Of a DNA stretch of 64,000 nt, positions 51,927 to 63,388 are shown piece after piece (positions within the stretch are counted from its first letter, which is position 1; the number at the start of each line of letters is the position of its first letter). The position numbers were made by a program, and so were the translations under genes. A model generated the notes under the pieces. It did not search any database, was not told where the DNA came from, and saw only the letters and a list, made by a program, of their open reading frames with translations. The DNA lies in NCBI GenBank assembly GCA_051362555.1, contig CM120642.1, forward strand, positions 22,692,001 to 22,756,000, in the 5' to 3' direction. Source of the stretch: Lingula anatina. Taxonomy: Eukaryota > Animalia > Brachiopoda.

Positions 51927-53843
51927 TTAGACAACTTCCAAAAATTTGCATGCCACGGGCAGCATTAGGATATGTTGTCATCCAATAGGGCCGTTCAGTA
52001 TGATTTACAGGAAAACATCTGGAGACAACTCAATTCTTCACTTTTTAGACTTGAAAACGACCTTGAGACAGTGAGTACACCATAGTCAAAATGTCAAATT
52101 AATAAATCAACAACAAACCTACCCAAAATACTTAGGTTTAATGTGACAGAGGTAAGACTCACAGTCAGTGCTTTAATTTACTTGCCAACCATAATAAAAT
52201 ACTTCCTTGCAAGATACACCATAGTCATATGTTGAAGGCTTGCTTGGCATTTAAAAAATGTGCTCATATTAAAGAAAGGCAAGCACTTGCCCCTTCCCTA
52301 ACAGCATATGTTGTCCCAAGTATCTGCAAACACTAAGCAGCATTAGTACACTATATGCAGTTTGCATTTTTTTTTGCCTTTCCAGTAGATTTTGAAACTT
52401 CCAACTACTTCCACTTATACACGGCAGTGGTTCCCCATCACTGTCTTGTCTTTGCAATCTCATATTCATGAGTTTTAGAAAATCAAACTGCCATTCATCT
52501 AGAAAAAATCTACAAACCTTCCAGCAAAAAAATCTCCATATAAACATCAACATCACTGTATTGCATCTTCTTTGTGTACAAGTTTAAACCAAAGTGACAT
52601 CCCTTTTAATCTAATAGTTTGTGCTTTTCCATACCTGTATTATATTAGTAAACTCCCATGCTGAGGTGAATAGAACTTATCTAATAATAATAATATAGCT
52701 TACCCTACCTGTCCTGATACAGTGCACAAAACCATCCTAAGTAAAAATCAGTCATGCTCCTGGAAAGGAATCCAACATCATTGTGAACACTGCATCTCCA
52801 CTGTACCTATACACATTCCTTGTAAACAAGCTGTCAGCCTTGATCAAAAAGAAAACAGTTGGCTCCAAGTTTTAATCCAATTTCCTCAACAGTCACATGG
52901 GAAAAACTGTATTCAAATTGAAGATAGATGACATGTGCAGGATTGTAGGACATACTACTGTCCAGGCCCATTTACACTAAAAGATAAGCAACTACTGAGA
53001 CTCGACTCTGATAGATAAACATCAAATTCTCCTTTAGTTTACAAGCATTACAACTTGTCAGTGTTTTTCTTTTAGAATAAAATAAACTGGCTAAAATCCC
53101 CAACTGATATTTATCATACTTTATCAAGAAAACATGTTTACATACTCTATCAATGTTATGACATTCTAACACTTTTACAGAATGAGTATTTCTAAGAACA
53201 TTTTCATTATTTCTGTTACATTAAACTAACATCTTTCAGAAGCCTACCACTGCACATAGCCATATTATCAGCTTACTGTAGTATACAGTCTTCCAATACT
53301 CAAACTTGCCAATCGGCAGGAGAAATGAACACCTTTCTAATCAAGTTGACAAAGAAAAGCTATTTAGTGGTGCGATTTGGGATGTGGGAGCTGAAAGTGA
53401 ACTAATTAAGTCCAAGGGAGCATCCACAATGGCTATTACCAACCTAGCTAATGCCACTTAATCCACAGGGACTAAGCTGAATGCAATAAGATTAACGGAC
53501 TACTCTCTGACCACTACTCTCTAACTTCAATTAATAAACAGGTATGCGTTCTTTGCCAGACATTCCCTTTGAGGTTGTCAGTGGTGGCAATTTCACACCA
53601 ACACCCATAATTTGGTGGTAAATTTGCTTAGATTTTGTTTAGGACCTTCGTTTTGTTCTGGATGTAGGCCACTCTTGTCACTGCTGCACTCCGTATGCAT
53701 TATGTCTTTGAAACATTTAATGATGTTTTATAATAAGGTGGTACTTAGGTCTTCATTGAAATACAGCATGTACTACAAAGTAGTATTATTCAACTGGGAC
53801 ACATCATGAAGGTACATCTAATCACTTAATAAGAATTTTGTAA

Positions 53844-54317
53844 GGCCCAATTCAGAATGAAAGATCTGAGTACTAACAGGTCCAAGGCTCAAATATGGTG
53901 GGCCCTACATGAAAGGAAGATAATTTAATCACTTAATCTCCGCCCCTCACATGCCTCCCCACGCGTCGTCCCTGCAGGGGCACGGTCATTAAATATCGGC
54001 TCTATTCGATCAGAGGCATAGAGACCATTACAGGATCAAACAGTCTTCCTTTCATGTAGGGTCTGCCATAATTGAGCTTTGGACCAGTTAGAGAGCATTC
54101 ACATCAAGAAGAGAAGAGGTCTAGCAAGGCGGAGACCTAAATATAGCGGACCTACATGAAAGGAAGACCGCGTAATGTCATTGTGAGACCATTAAAGGAT
54201 TACTTGGTCTTCCTTTCATGTAGGTCCGCCATATTTAGGTCTTGGCCTTGCTAGACCTCGGCTCTTCTCAATGTGAATGCTCTCTTAGTACTAGGATCTT
54301 TCATTCTGAATGGGGCC
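53844..54317. mobile_element. Harbinger-type MITE (host) containing a nested MITE
   Basis: TAA|GGCCCAATTCAGAATGAAAGATC...GATCTTTCATTCTGAATGGGGCC|TAA. Confidence 0.88.
54091..54284. mobile_element. Nested fold-back MITE (194 bp)
   Basis: TTA|GAGAGCATTCACAT...ATGTGAATGCTCTC|TTA, with arms of about 78 bp. Confidence 0.9.
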
Positions 54318-57300
54318 TAAGTTGTCTACAGCCGTTATGACAAGCCAAGCCATCCAGCCAGTAAGCTGTCCAGCCATCTTTAAAAATGTAAGCCATCCGT
54401 TGATGCCAGCGGCCATCTAAATGATGGACGGTTCACTGGGAAAAGCCTTGTTGTCACCTAGCTATTAAATTCTAGTTTCTGAGGTTGAATGCTTTGTGTC
54501 AGTATGACAGACAGAATATCAATTCCATAATTTTGTGATAGATACAAAGCAGGTTTTGCTTTTCTTATGGAATAGGTGGTGAATTTTGCACAAATAAGAC
54601 ATATGGTATCACTAAGACATATGGTATCACTATGGGTTTATAATTGTTCATGGGTTATTGATTGGGGAACTTAAGAGCCGTGATCAGTCTGATAGATCAT
54701 CATGTCAACTATCACACAATTCTACTAAGAGGCCACTTAACAGCACATCACTGGCAATGGCAGAGCAAACACTGGAGAAAATCACAGTGGAAAGAAGCAA
54801 AATACAGCATTTGTGCAGAGCTGCATTTTAACAATTTAAACGTAATATTACTGAGAATTTATGGATTATTTCTACAATTTATATCTCTAGCTTGAAAAGC
54901 AGCACAAGACTTGTCCTTACATGTATTTACATTTAAAAAAAATTCTACTGTAGTTTCAGAAAGCCAAAAATAAAAGCTTACCTGCCAATGCTAATTGCAA
55001 CACCCATATAGCAAGTTCCCAATAAAGTTAATGCATGAAGCTTCTTCACTGTGAGGCCAATAACTGCTTCAGACAGCTTCTAGACAGCCATGCCATAAAT
55101 TCAAAAGCATCCTTCACGCACATTTCTAGCCATTGTGATAACTGACAATCCTACTTCAAGACAATTGCATCACCCAACCTCAATGACAACTTTGTAGTTT
55201 TCTGAATTTGTATACAGAAACAGAAAATGTAGCTACTGGGGTCCAGAGCAGCACTGCATAAGCAGACAGCTGGAGTTAACCAGCAAGTATCAAGTGGTGA
55301 GTCAGTTAATGCTGACATTTTCTATTTTCAGTATTTCACCCTTTAAATCAGCACTCTACATGCCTGGCATAAAATAATGAAGAAAACAGCTCTGGGGAGA
55401 AATGAAAGGTTATAACCAGCTAACTGCTAACAGCCTGAATTAAAAAATCATAAAACTGTCTCTTCAAGAAAATAAAATAATGTTAAGCTTGACCAAGCTC
55501 CAGGACCTAGAATCTCTCACACAGAACACATCACCATCTGATTCCCTTTGTACTTCTAGGACCAACATTTTCACATGCAGTAATCATTTTCTTGAGTTTA
55601 TGTCCCTTCCACAACACCAGCTTCACTTTTTCTTTTAAACTGATCGAATTTCATGTCTTGCACAGAAGGAAAGTATGTCTTCATTAAATGTACATGTATG
55701 TAATGACATGTGCAGAGAGGTTCTTTTGCAAATTTTAAAATAAATAAGCAATAACTTTCACCAGGTTTCTCACAACCAGGGCAGCAGTCTTAAACCAAAA
55801 ATCCCCAGTACTGTATTTGTTCTAGTAAATATCAAAGTTCTGCCACAAAATATCACCATTTTTTTCACAAAAAGTCAACACAGTAATTGCACTGAGTAGC
55901 CATCCAAGTAATAAATTTAGAGTAGAGAAGTGCTTCACCTAGTCAATAACTTATCAAAATAGAAAAATATCAACTTGGAAAATAAATTCTTTTGTACTAG
56001 AAAAAGTTATCTTTCGCCCCTGGACCTGGACCCCCAGTATTGCCAAGGACTGTAAGATTGCAGCAGGTGAGAGTGGTCAGGTGAGGAGAGCAGGACCTCT
56101 GCTACATGACACATTCAGTTCTAGTTGCTGGAATCTCCAAATCACTGGAGATGATATTTATTATCTCTTAGAAATGACATCTCTTCAGTTTAAATAAGAA
56201 ATATCATATAAAACCAAATACTTCTTTCAAAAAGAAAAAAATAAGCTTTCACTTTGTGTAATATTCACAAGAAACCTTGACTGTTAACAAATACATCACT
56301 GTAGCAGTGATAAGTTGCATTTATAAATATATATATATACATACTTTCTACCATCACCATCGTCTTTAATGCACAAATATAACAATGGAGGCGAATGAGA
56401 TTCCATACAAAAAATTAAAACTACTAGCACAATGTAATGTGATGTAACGCAACACTTGGAATTCTTAGATTTCAACCCTAAGACCAGGAAAAAAAGCACT
56501 TGTAACAAATTACAATAGTTACGTGCAAACGAACATGTTGTACGCTTACATAAGCCAATGATAAGGTATGTGGTTTCATAGACATTTGTGGTTTTATCTA
56601 TCATACAGATACACAAAAATACGCAAAAAATACCAGTGGTCCAAAAAAATGCGGTATGGTGTACATTTTTATATTCTTCTTTTGCAAACTGAAAGAAATC
56701 TACATGTTCCTAAAACTGACACAAATGTACTGACAGACAGTCAGTCAGACCTAACACTCAACAAATATAACAAGATTAATACCATAATTACCCCCAAATT
56801 ATAACATATTTCCCCATAAAACGAATAAACATCATTTTTTTCAAATATGATCTTTTATAATATAGACATGATACCGGAGAATACCATCAAAGTAAAATCA
56901 CATTTATACATATATTCAGTTTCCACAGCCTAATAAAACACACCTAGTCAAGCACAGGAATGGAATGCATATAGCCCAAAAAATAATGGCACTTTTGTGC
57001 AGAGTGGGACTTGGTTATCAAAACAACATAACACAAGGTAAAACAATTGGCTAAATTCTTTTTCAAGAAAATGGATCATCCACAATCTAACTGCAATATG
57101 TCAGAAATGATTGCATTGAATCAAGAAGAAATGATTGGCTAAACAAAATAGGGTTGATTTGACTTGTTTTAGTCAAATTTAAATCATTTTGTGAAAAAAA
57201 TTTTGATTTGGCTAAGCAGTAAAAATTGCTAGCACTACTCCAGCAAAAGATCTAAACCCACACTTAAGTGCATGATTTCCAGATACCTCATTCATTCCAT

Positions 57301-59037
57301 GACTTGACTTCCAGATATCGAGAGAATCTTGTGCCAGTACCAAACTGTGTCAAAATGACTGACTACCGAGGTTTGACAGGTAACAGTGAAAATTACTGCA
57401 TTATTGATTAAGGCCAATTATCTATCAATATATGCTTTAAAAGTTTTACTGGTCCTCAGGTTAATTCAACAAGGAGCATTTCACACAAACCCTGGCTTGG
57501 ACTGCTTTTACAATAATAAGAGTAAGACACATACAATCAAGCTGAACTGAGGGAACAGAAAACAGCAGTCCATCACTTTATCAACCACTTGCAAAACCCC
57601 AGGAAAGACCACCTGAGGAATTTCAACAAGATGGGTCCCTGAATACCTGGAAGTCCTTTCTGGCAGAGGCTTCACCAAGCCACCTCTTGGGTAGTTTATG
57701 GGGCTACTCTGCCATCTATCTGCTCTTATCTATGGGCACCAGCTGCTTGGCTTGATGAACTTAATTACATACCCAAAAACTTCATCAAAACCATGTCATA
57801 TGTCACATATATCTAATTATCTCTATCTCTTGAACTACTAGACTAGTATTTGTCAATTTTGCAGCTGAATCAATTTGATCAAAGTGAAAATTTTAAAACT
57901 AATGGGCGATTGGAAATTATTTTCCTTTCCTTGCTCCAAAGTCAGCTCAACATCATTGTAAAACGTTTTGGTCATAAACTGCTCCCTTTTTCTGCAGCTT
58001 TTTGTATGTTCCATGACACATGACATGAAAATGGCTCCCAGATACAATGCTTTCTAGGCCAAGCATTTTTCTCTTCAACTGCCATTGAATGCTAGGCAAT
58101 GTGAATACTGAATTTCAACATACCTATGCCTATTTGTTATCCTTTTTGTTATCCTTTTTGTCAAGACATGTAAACAAGCAGGTGTTTCCCCGTTCCTAGA
58201 GTCATAAGTTATAGTAAAAATTTAAAGATAATACCATAATTGTATGACAAATGTGTGCGTTCTCACATTGCCAAGATGCTAAGCTGTAAAACAGTTGTTT
58301 ACATTTCAACTCTGTGCAATAGAATGAGAATAGCATTACAAATGTAAATATTTATTGGCAGCACTGGTAAACACCAGTTGTCACCATTACACATTTTGCC
58401 CTATTTTATATTGCATCCTTTTTATAATTTACTGTAATGCTTTTTTATGAGAATAATAAATCTTCCACTTAGCTTTCAAGACAGTTCAACATTTTAAAAA
58501 GACTCTTCAAAAATTATTTTCCTGTAATTGTTTTCTTAAAAATAATCATATACACAAATCCTTACACAACACCCATGGGCTAAAACACAAAATAATACCA
58601 AAATTAAAGAAACCTGGACATGCTCACAACCTCCTTGCCCCAATCCTACATGGAAAGATTTTCACTTCAACTTTTCATAACATCAACAAGTTAATTGAGT
58701 ACAAATATACAACAGGTTATGGGGTCTTAGAGCTGAGTGCATGGGAATATTATGAATGGAACCAAAGACCACAGAAAATATCAAAAACACATTGCCAAAC
58801 AACTGGCTTCTTGACACTTCAAGTGCATAACATGTGTACACTTCTTAAGCCACAAATACAGATCTTTTTTACATTTGTAAATGACATTAAAATCAATCCT
58901 GCTTTGTATTTTTAATGCAGGTTTCCATTAGTCCTCCTGTAATATCAGTAATTCTTTGTGATAATGTTCATTTGACATTTTGTAGAATTTTTTGGTCATC
59001 TTCTTCAGTGCTGAAGATACAGTGTGAAATTGTTTAT

Positions 59038-59038
<1 letters not shown>

Positions 59039-59084
<46 letters not shown>
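59039..59084. repeat. Compound (CT)n(AT)n microsatellite
   Basis: Read directly. Confidence 0.92.
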
Positions 59085-59085
<1 letters not shown>

Positions 59086-61235
59086 ATGCAGCAGCAAATA
59101 CTTTTTTGCAGCTGCTATTCTTGTTAAGCAAGAACATGTCCCTGTGCCAGAGGTTTAGCATTGTGACGAGGTGGTTAGCTTACAACCTACAGACATTTTA
59201 AACAATTTATATTTTTGCTGTCAGGAGAATTTATGTGTAGACTGACTTGCTGTTAATAGACAAACAGAGAATAACTATGAGAAGAAAACTCACAGGACTT
59301 CCCAAACAAAAACTTGCTCAATATGGCTCCAGTTGGCAGGAAGTTGTATATCTTTTCTAATTCCTATAAATAAATCTGAGATAATTTCATTAATTTATCC
59401 CAAGAGCATACTTCCTGGTTTAAAATGCATATCATCCTCTCAAACTCACATGAAATAGAAGGGATTCACATAAAATGGAATCAAATAAACTGATAATAAT
59501 GAAATAATGTGTGCTATGAGAGAATAATAAGTTCATGTAACTGTTATACTCAGACTTAATTATTCCATTTACATAAAAACTGAACACAACAGTATCTCCC
59601 CCTCTGTAACAACCTTTATCTGTATGAATTTTATGCACTTTTCTACCTATATTTACTACAAAAAAAAATTGGAGATGGAGTACAGATGCTACTACAACTC
59701 TACCTTCCTCAGATTTCAACATATAACAAAAACATTTTACTGTGTGGAAAAGAAGTAACGTACCAGTAGTTTACTATTGTTGAATGGTTCATGACCTACT
59801 TTTAAGTTGTGACAGATTAGTTCAGTGACACTTCCGTTTTCATAAAAAGGAAGGTATACAGTCATTTCACATTAAGTTCTCATCTGTACCTATTTGCAGT
59901 ATGCATGGCAGTGAGTCAGTTCTCACCTGTATAATTTTACCTTTACACATCACTCTGAAAATAAGAATTCAAATATATGACAAGTAGTTTGAGTCAGCAG
60001 AATATACATAAAACTTTTAAGTTTTATTTTCACTCTAGACCCATTTGTCCATTTTGCCTTCAAATCACTTCATTATCAAATAACTATCATTCAAACATTA
60101 GTCAGCTGAGTCAGCAATATGATGGATTACTGTAAAAATTATCATTCAAATTTTATTCCACTTGAGTCAGCATATGTGGAGTGGATTTCTTTCATTCCTC
60201 TGTACTCATGACATGACCACAGAGATATAGTGTATATTGCATACTATAATTTTATAAAGATACAGTCTAGCATTGTGCTTACTATCAGATATTGAGTACA
60301 CTGTAATCTACTAATGCTAGTTACAGCATGTCAAATCAAAGCCAGCATATTTTCCAATTAACTCAATCAGGTAAGTTTAATTTCAAACTTACTGAAAAGC
60401 TTTAAGGAGTTCTAACAAACACATCCAGTAATTTTGTTCAGCCAAATTATTAAAATGTGTAAAGTAGAAATAGTGCCCTAAACATTCAAGACATAACAAA
60501 AATTATCCACTTAAAGGATAAATATAGTGTTTTAAGAAGAGTCACTTCTTCTAAAGCAAACGCGTGGTTCCAATGGATGCACACACATTAGTTTACAATT
60601 AAAATTTCATTTTTCATTCATCGTGACAGACATGATGCAAATGCTTCATCAGTCCAAGTAGTTTGGTTGTGAGATAATGGATGAGTTAATGGTTTTGGCT
60701 TCTGGTCAGCACTACACTAATCAATACTTGAATCTAACAGTTATGCATTAAAAGCATGTTATCTTTCAGCTACAAAAAGCTGACTCTCCATAAAAAGCTC
60801 TTCAATGAAGGAAGTCAAACTACTTTTATTGGCTTAATCTGTAGTTTAGGCTTGATGAAAATGTCAAACTCCAGTCCAAGAATCAGAAGCATCAAAACTT
60901 ATATAAAAGATATCAGGAAAAAAATAAAGAACATATGTTTCAATTTGATGTTAAAGAATACCAATTAAAGCATTTTGCAAAATCCCTGCCTTTTGTCATA
61001 TTCATATGTTCATCTTGACAACCTCCTCTGGGCACAGGAACACAATAATGGAAACTGTCCAAGACATTCTCCACAAACATGCACTGTGGAGCTGAGTAGC
61101 AAGATCTGACCTTATAAACTAGTCTTCTGCTATAGGACAACCAATGTCACCAAGGTAACTTGGGCTAAGTACAGAAAATCAACATTTGCATCTTGTTTAC
61201 ATCAATGCTGTATGAAAAAAGTCATATTAATCTTG

Positions 61236-61379
61236 AAGTAGTTTTTGTGAAATAGCAGTCGTAATATTATGTGAATGTCTTTATGATAATAGTCAGGGGT
61301 CAAGATGACCATATGAATATGACTATTATCATAAAGACATTCACACAATATTACGACTGCTATTTCACAAAAACTACTT
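61236..61379. repeat. Inverted repeat with 60-bp arms (one mismatch) and a 24-nt loop
   Basis: aagtagtttttgtgaaatagcagtcgtaatattatgtgaatgtctttatgataatagtca and its reverse complement at 61320-61379. Confidence 0.92.
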
Positions 61380-62359
61380 TCCTGAAATATTGACAGACTT
61401 TTTCATCTAAATTCCACACTTAATTTTGCTCACTGCATAATGGGCCACTGATGTGCATAATATTAAGAATGTGGTAATACATTCTTGATAGCATCAAATG
61501 TGACATGAGGTAAGACACTGGCATCTAGGGTACACAAAACAAAGGGGCATGTCATACACAGCATAGCTACATATCAGTTGTGAACACCAAACTAGAGTAA
61601 AACGAGCCCAGGTGTCAGGAAATAAGATGATGAGCAAGTTGGAATTCCAACAATAGTTTAATGCACAACCAACAACAACTTCTTCAATACCACAGACAGA
61701 TTATTTAATGCATATGTACCCTGATCCTCAAATAAAAAGTTGAAGACATATAAAAGGGTGAATAACCAGTTGAAAACACTCAAATTCCTTCACTGTTTTA
61801 CTACAGAACATGGACTGTGCATTTCGAGTATGGCCAATTTAAGCTGCATTTGATACAAGCCCAACCCCCTCACTGCCATAAGAATGCACCATTAGGCACA
61901 CCACAAGCAAAATGCCTGTTTTGATTTCACATATTTCATATGGTAAAACACTTGATGTATATATCGTAGTATTACACTGGAAATCCTCAACAAATTCTCA
62001 ACAACTGCTTGTAGAGAGAAAGCCTCGCTATCTCAACTGACCATCTGGTCACGGCATCATTAATATCCTCACAGGGAGAGCTGTGGTCGACAGTGGGTCG
62101 CCACCTCAACAAGTGGCACTTATTTGCCATCCTTGCGCTCGGTTCTCTGCGGGGAGAAGTTGCCTATACTTCATACGTAACACTTTTAATGCAGTTAAAT
62201 GCAATAACACAAAGGACTGCCACTAGATAATCACCTTGTAGTGTGAAATATGTGATATTAAAACAAGACCATTTTAACCCTGGCACTAATTCAAATATTT
62301 ATTATGACAAAAACAAGCGTAAACAAATAAATGAATGATCTCGAATTTAAGGCACTTAC

Positions 62360-62440
62360 CGCCTTCAGAAACTTTATGGGTCCGTTTAACTTCTTTTCTG
62401 GAGGGGATTTAGTTAACCAGCCAGAATAAATGATATCCAT
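62360..62440 (-). CDS. GAB: GAB/DOS family docking protein, coding exon 1 (start of PH domain)
   Basis: Reads MDIIYSGWLTKSPPEKKLNGPIKFLKA, then donor gtaagt at 62359. GWLxKSPPEKKL is the diagnostic GAB N-terminus. 81 nt, phase 0, in frame with exon 2. Absent from the ORF track. Confidence 0.95.
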
Positions 62441-62759
62441 ACTAGCTGCGGCCTTCACTGCTGCATCGATGACTTCGTCCCTTCTTCTGATTTGTCATTC
62501 TTTGAGAAATGAACAGGAAACTAACTTCGGGACTAAACAGGAAGTTTAATGGCGGAGAGTCGATTAAGTATCCCTGACGTCACCAGAATTTCGTAACGCG
62601 CCTGCTGGTTGGTCAATATGGGCAAGTTACATGGTAACTACCAATGAAAAAAGTTTTTTTAATCTAAGGAAGGGGATTTTTTGATATCGGGAAAGGCTAT
62701 GTTTACAATCGGTGGAGTGAATAGCAGTGGCCACGATTTTACAAATTTTAACCATATTT
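62441..62759. promoter_or_regulatory. Bidirectional promoter and 5'UTRs of GAB and the SOL-like gene
   Basis: 319 bp between divergent ATGs, locally CpG-rich. Contains ETS CAGGAAGT (about 62539), YY1-like AATGGCGG (about 62548), a perfect CRE TGACGTCA (62575-62582), X-box-like GTTACATGGTAAC (62626-62638) and CCAAT (62641). Confidence 0.8.
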
Positions 62760-62959
62760 ATGGGTTCAACTGCCTCTGTACTTCAGTGGAGGTGCAATGA
62801 CTGTAATTACCTCAATAGTAAGGACGCTGATGTCTGCTACCGCTGCCTTAAGGTTCGATCAGCAGAGCACTGTACGGACTGTAACTCTCACCTTGTCGAC
62901 AATGGGTTGAAAGAGAAAGCAGTTGGGGATTACCAGGGCCAGGAAAGCGTTACTGATGG
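62760..62959 (+). CDS. CAPN15: SOL/calpain-15-like protein, coding exon 1 (RanBP2-type zinc finger)
   Basis: MGSTASVLQWRCNDCNYLNSKDADVCYRCLKVR fits the W-x-C-x2-C-x3-N-x6-C-x2-C pattern and resembles the Drosophila Sol N-terminus as I recall it (MGTISSVLQWSC...). Donor gtaaat at 62960, phase 2. The protease domain is not in the window. Confidence 0.75.
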
Positions 62960-63388
62960 GTAAATTTGGTTTGATGCCTGTATGACAACTGGTGGGCTAA
63001 TACTGTACTACATGATAATCTTATTAAATCGAGTGCTTTCTTTTAGGTCCGTGGACAGGAGTGTTGGGTTGTGAAAAGGACCGCCCTCTCATGCCCAGGA
63101 TGCCCGCTCTGAATAGAAATTTGATGTAGATTCTACCCCTTTCTTACGTTTTGTCAACTAAGGATGTTTAAAGAGCACACATTTTCAGAAAGAGAACCCC
63201 CGTTGAAACTGCTACCAAAATATAGATCTATCTTTATACTGGTAATGTTGTTATCATGTGACAATGACTCATGTAGAAGGCCACATATTGAACTACTGTC
63301 AGATTTTTTCTATATCTTTTATGCTGACACTGAACTACAGGCTTATACATATTTACTACTGTTTACTTCTTCTTTTCACTTACTTCAG

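Larger units (their letters stand above)
26936..62359 (-). other. GAB: GAB intron 1 (35,424 bp)
   Basis: GT..AG boundaries join two in-frame halves of the PH domain. No credible long ORF inside. Confidence 0.88.

Noticed and set aside
54982-55007. Minus-strand MGVAISIG followed by a gtaagc donor
   Set aside because: Phase 2 is incompatible with GAB exons 2 and 3. Probably chance.
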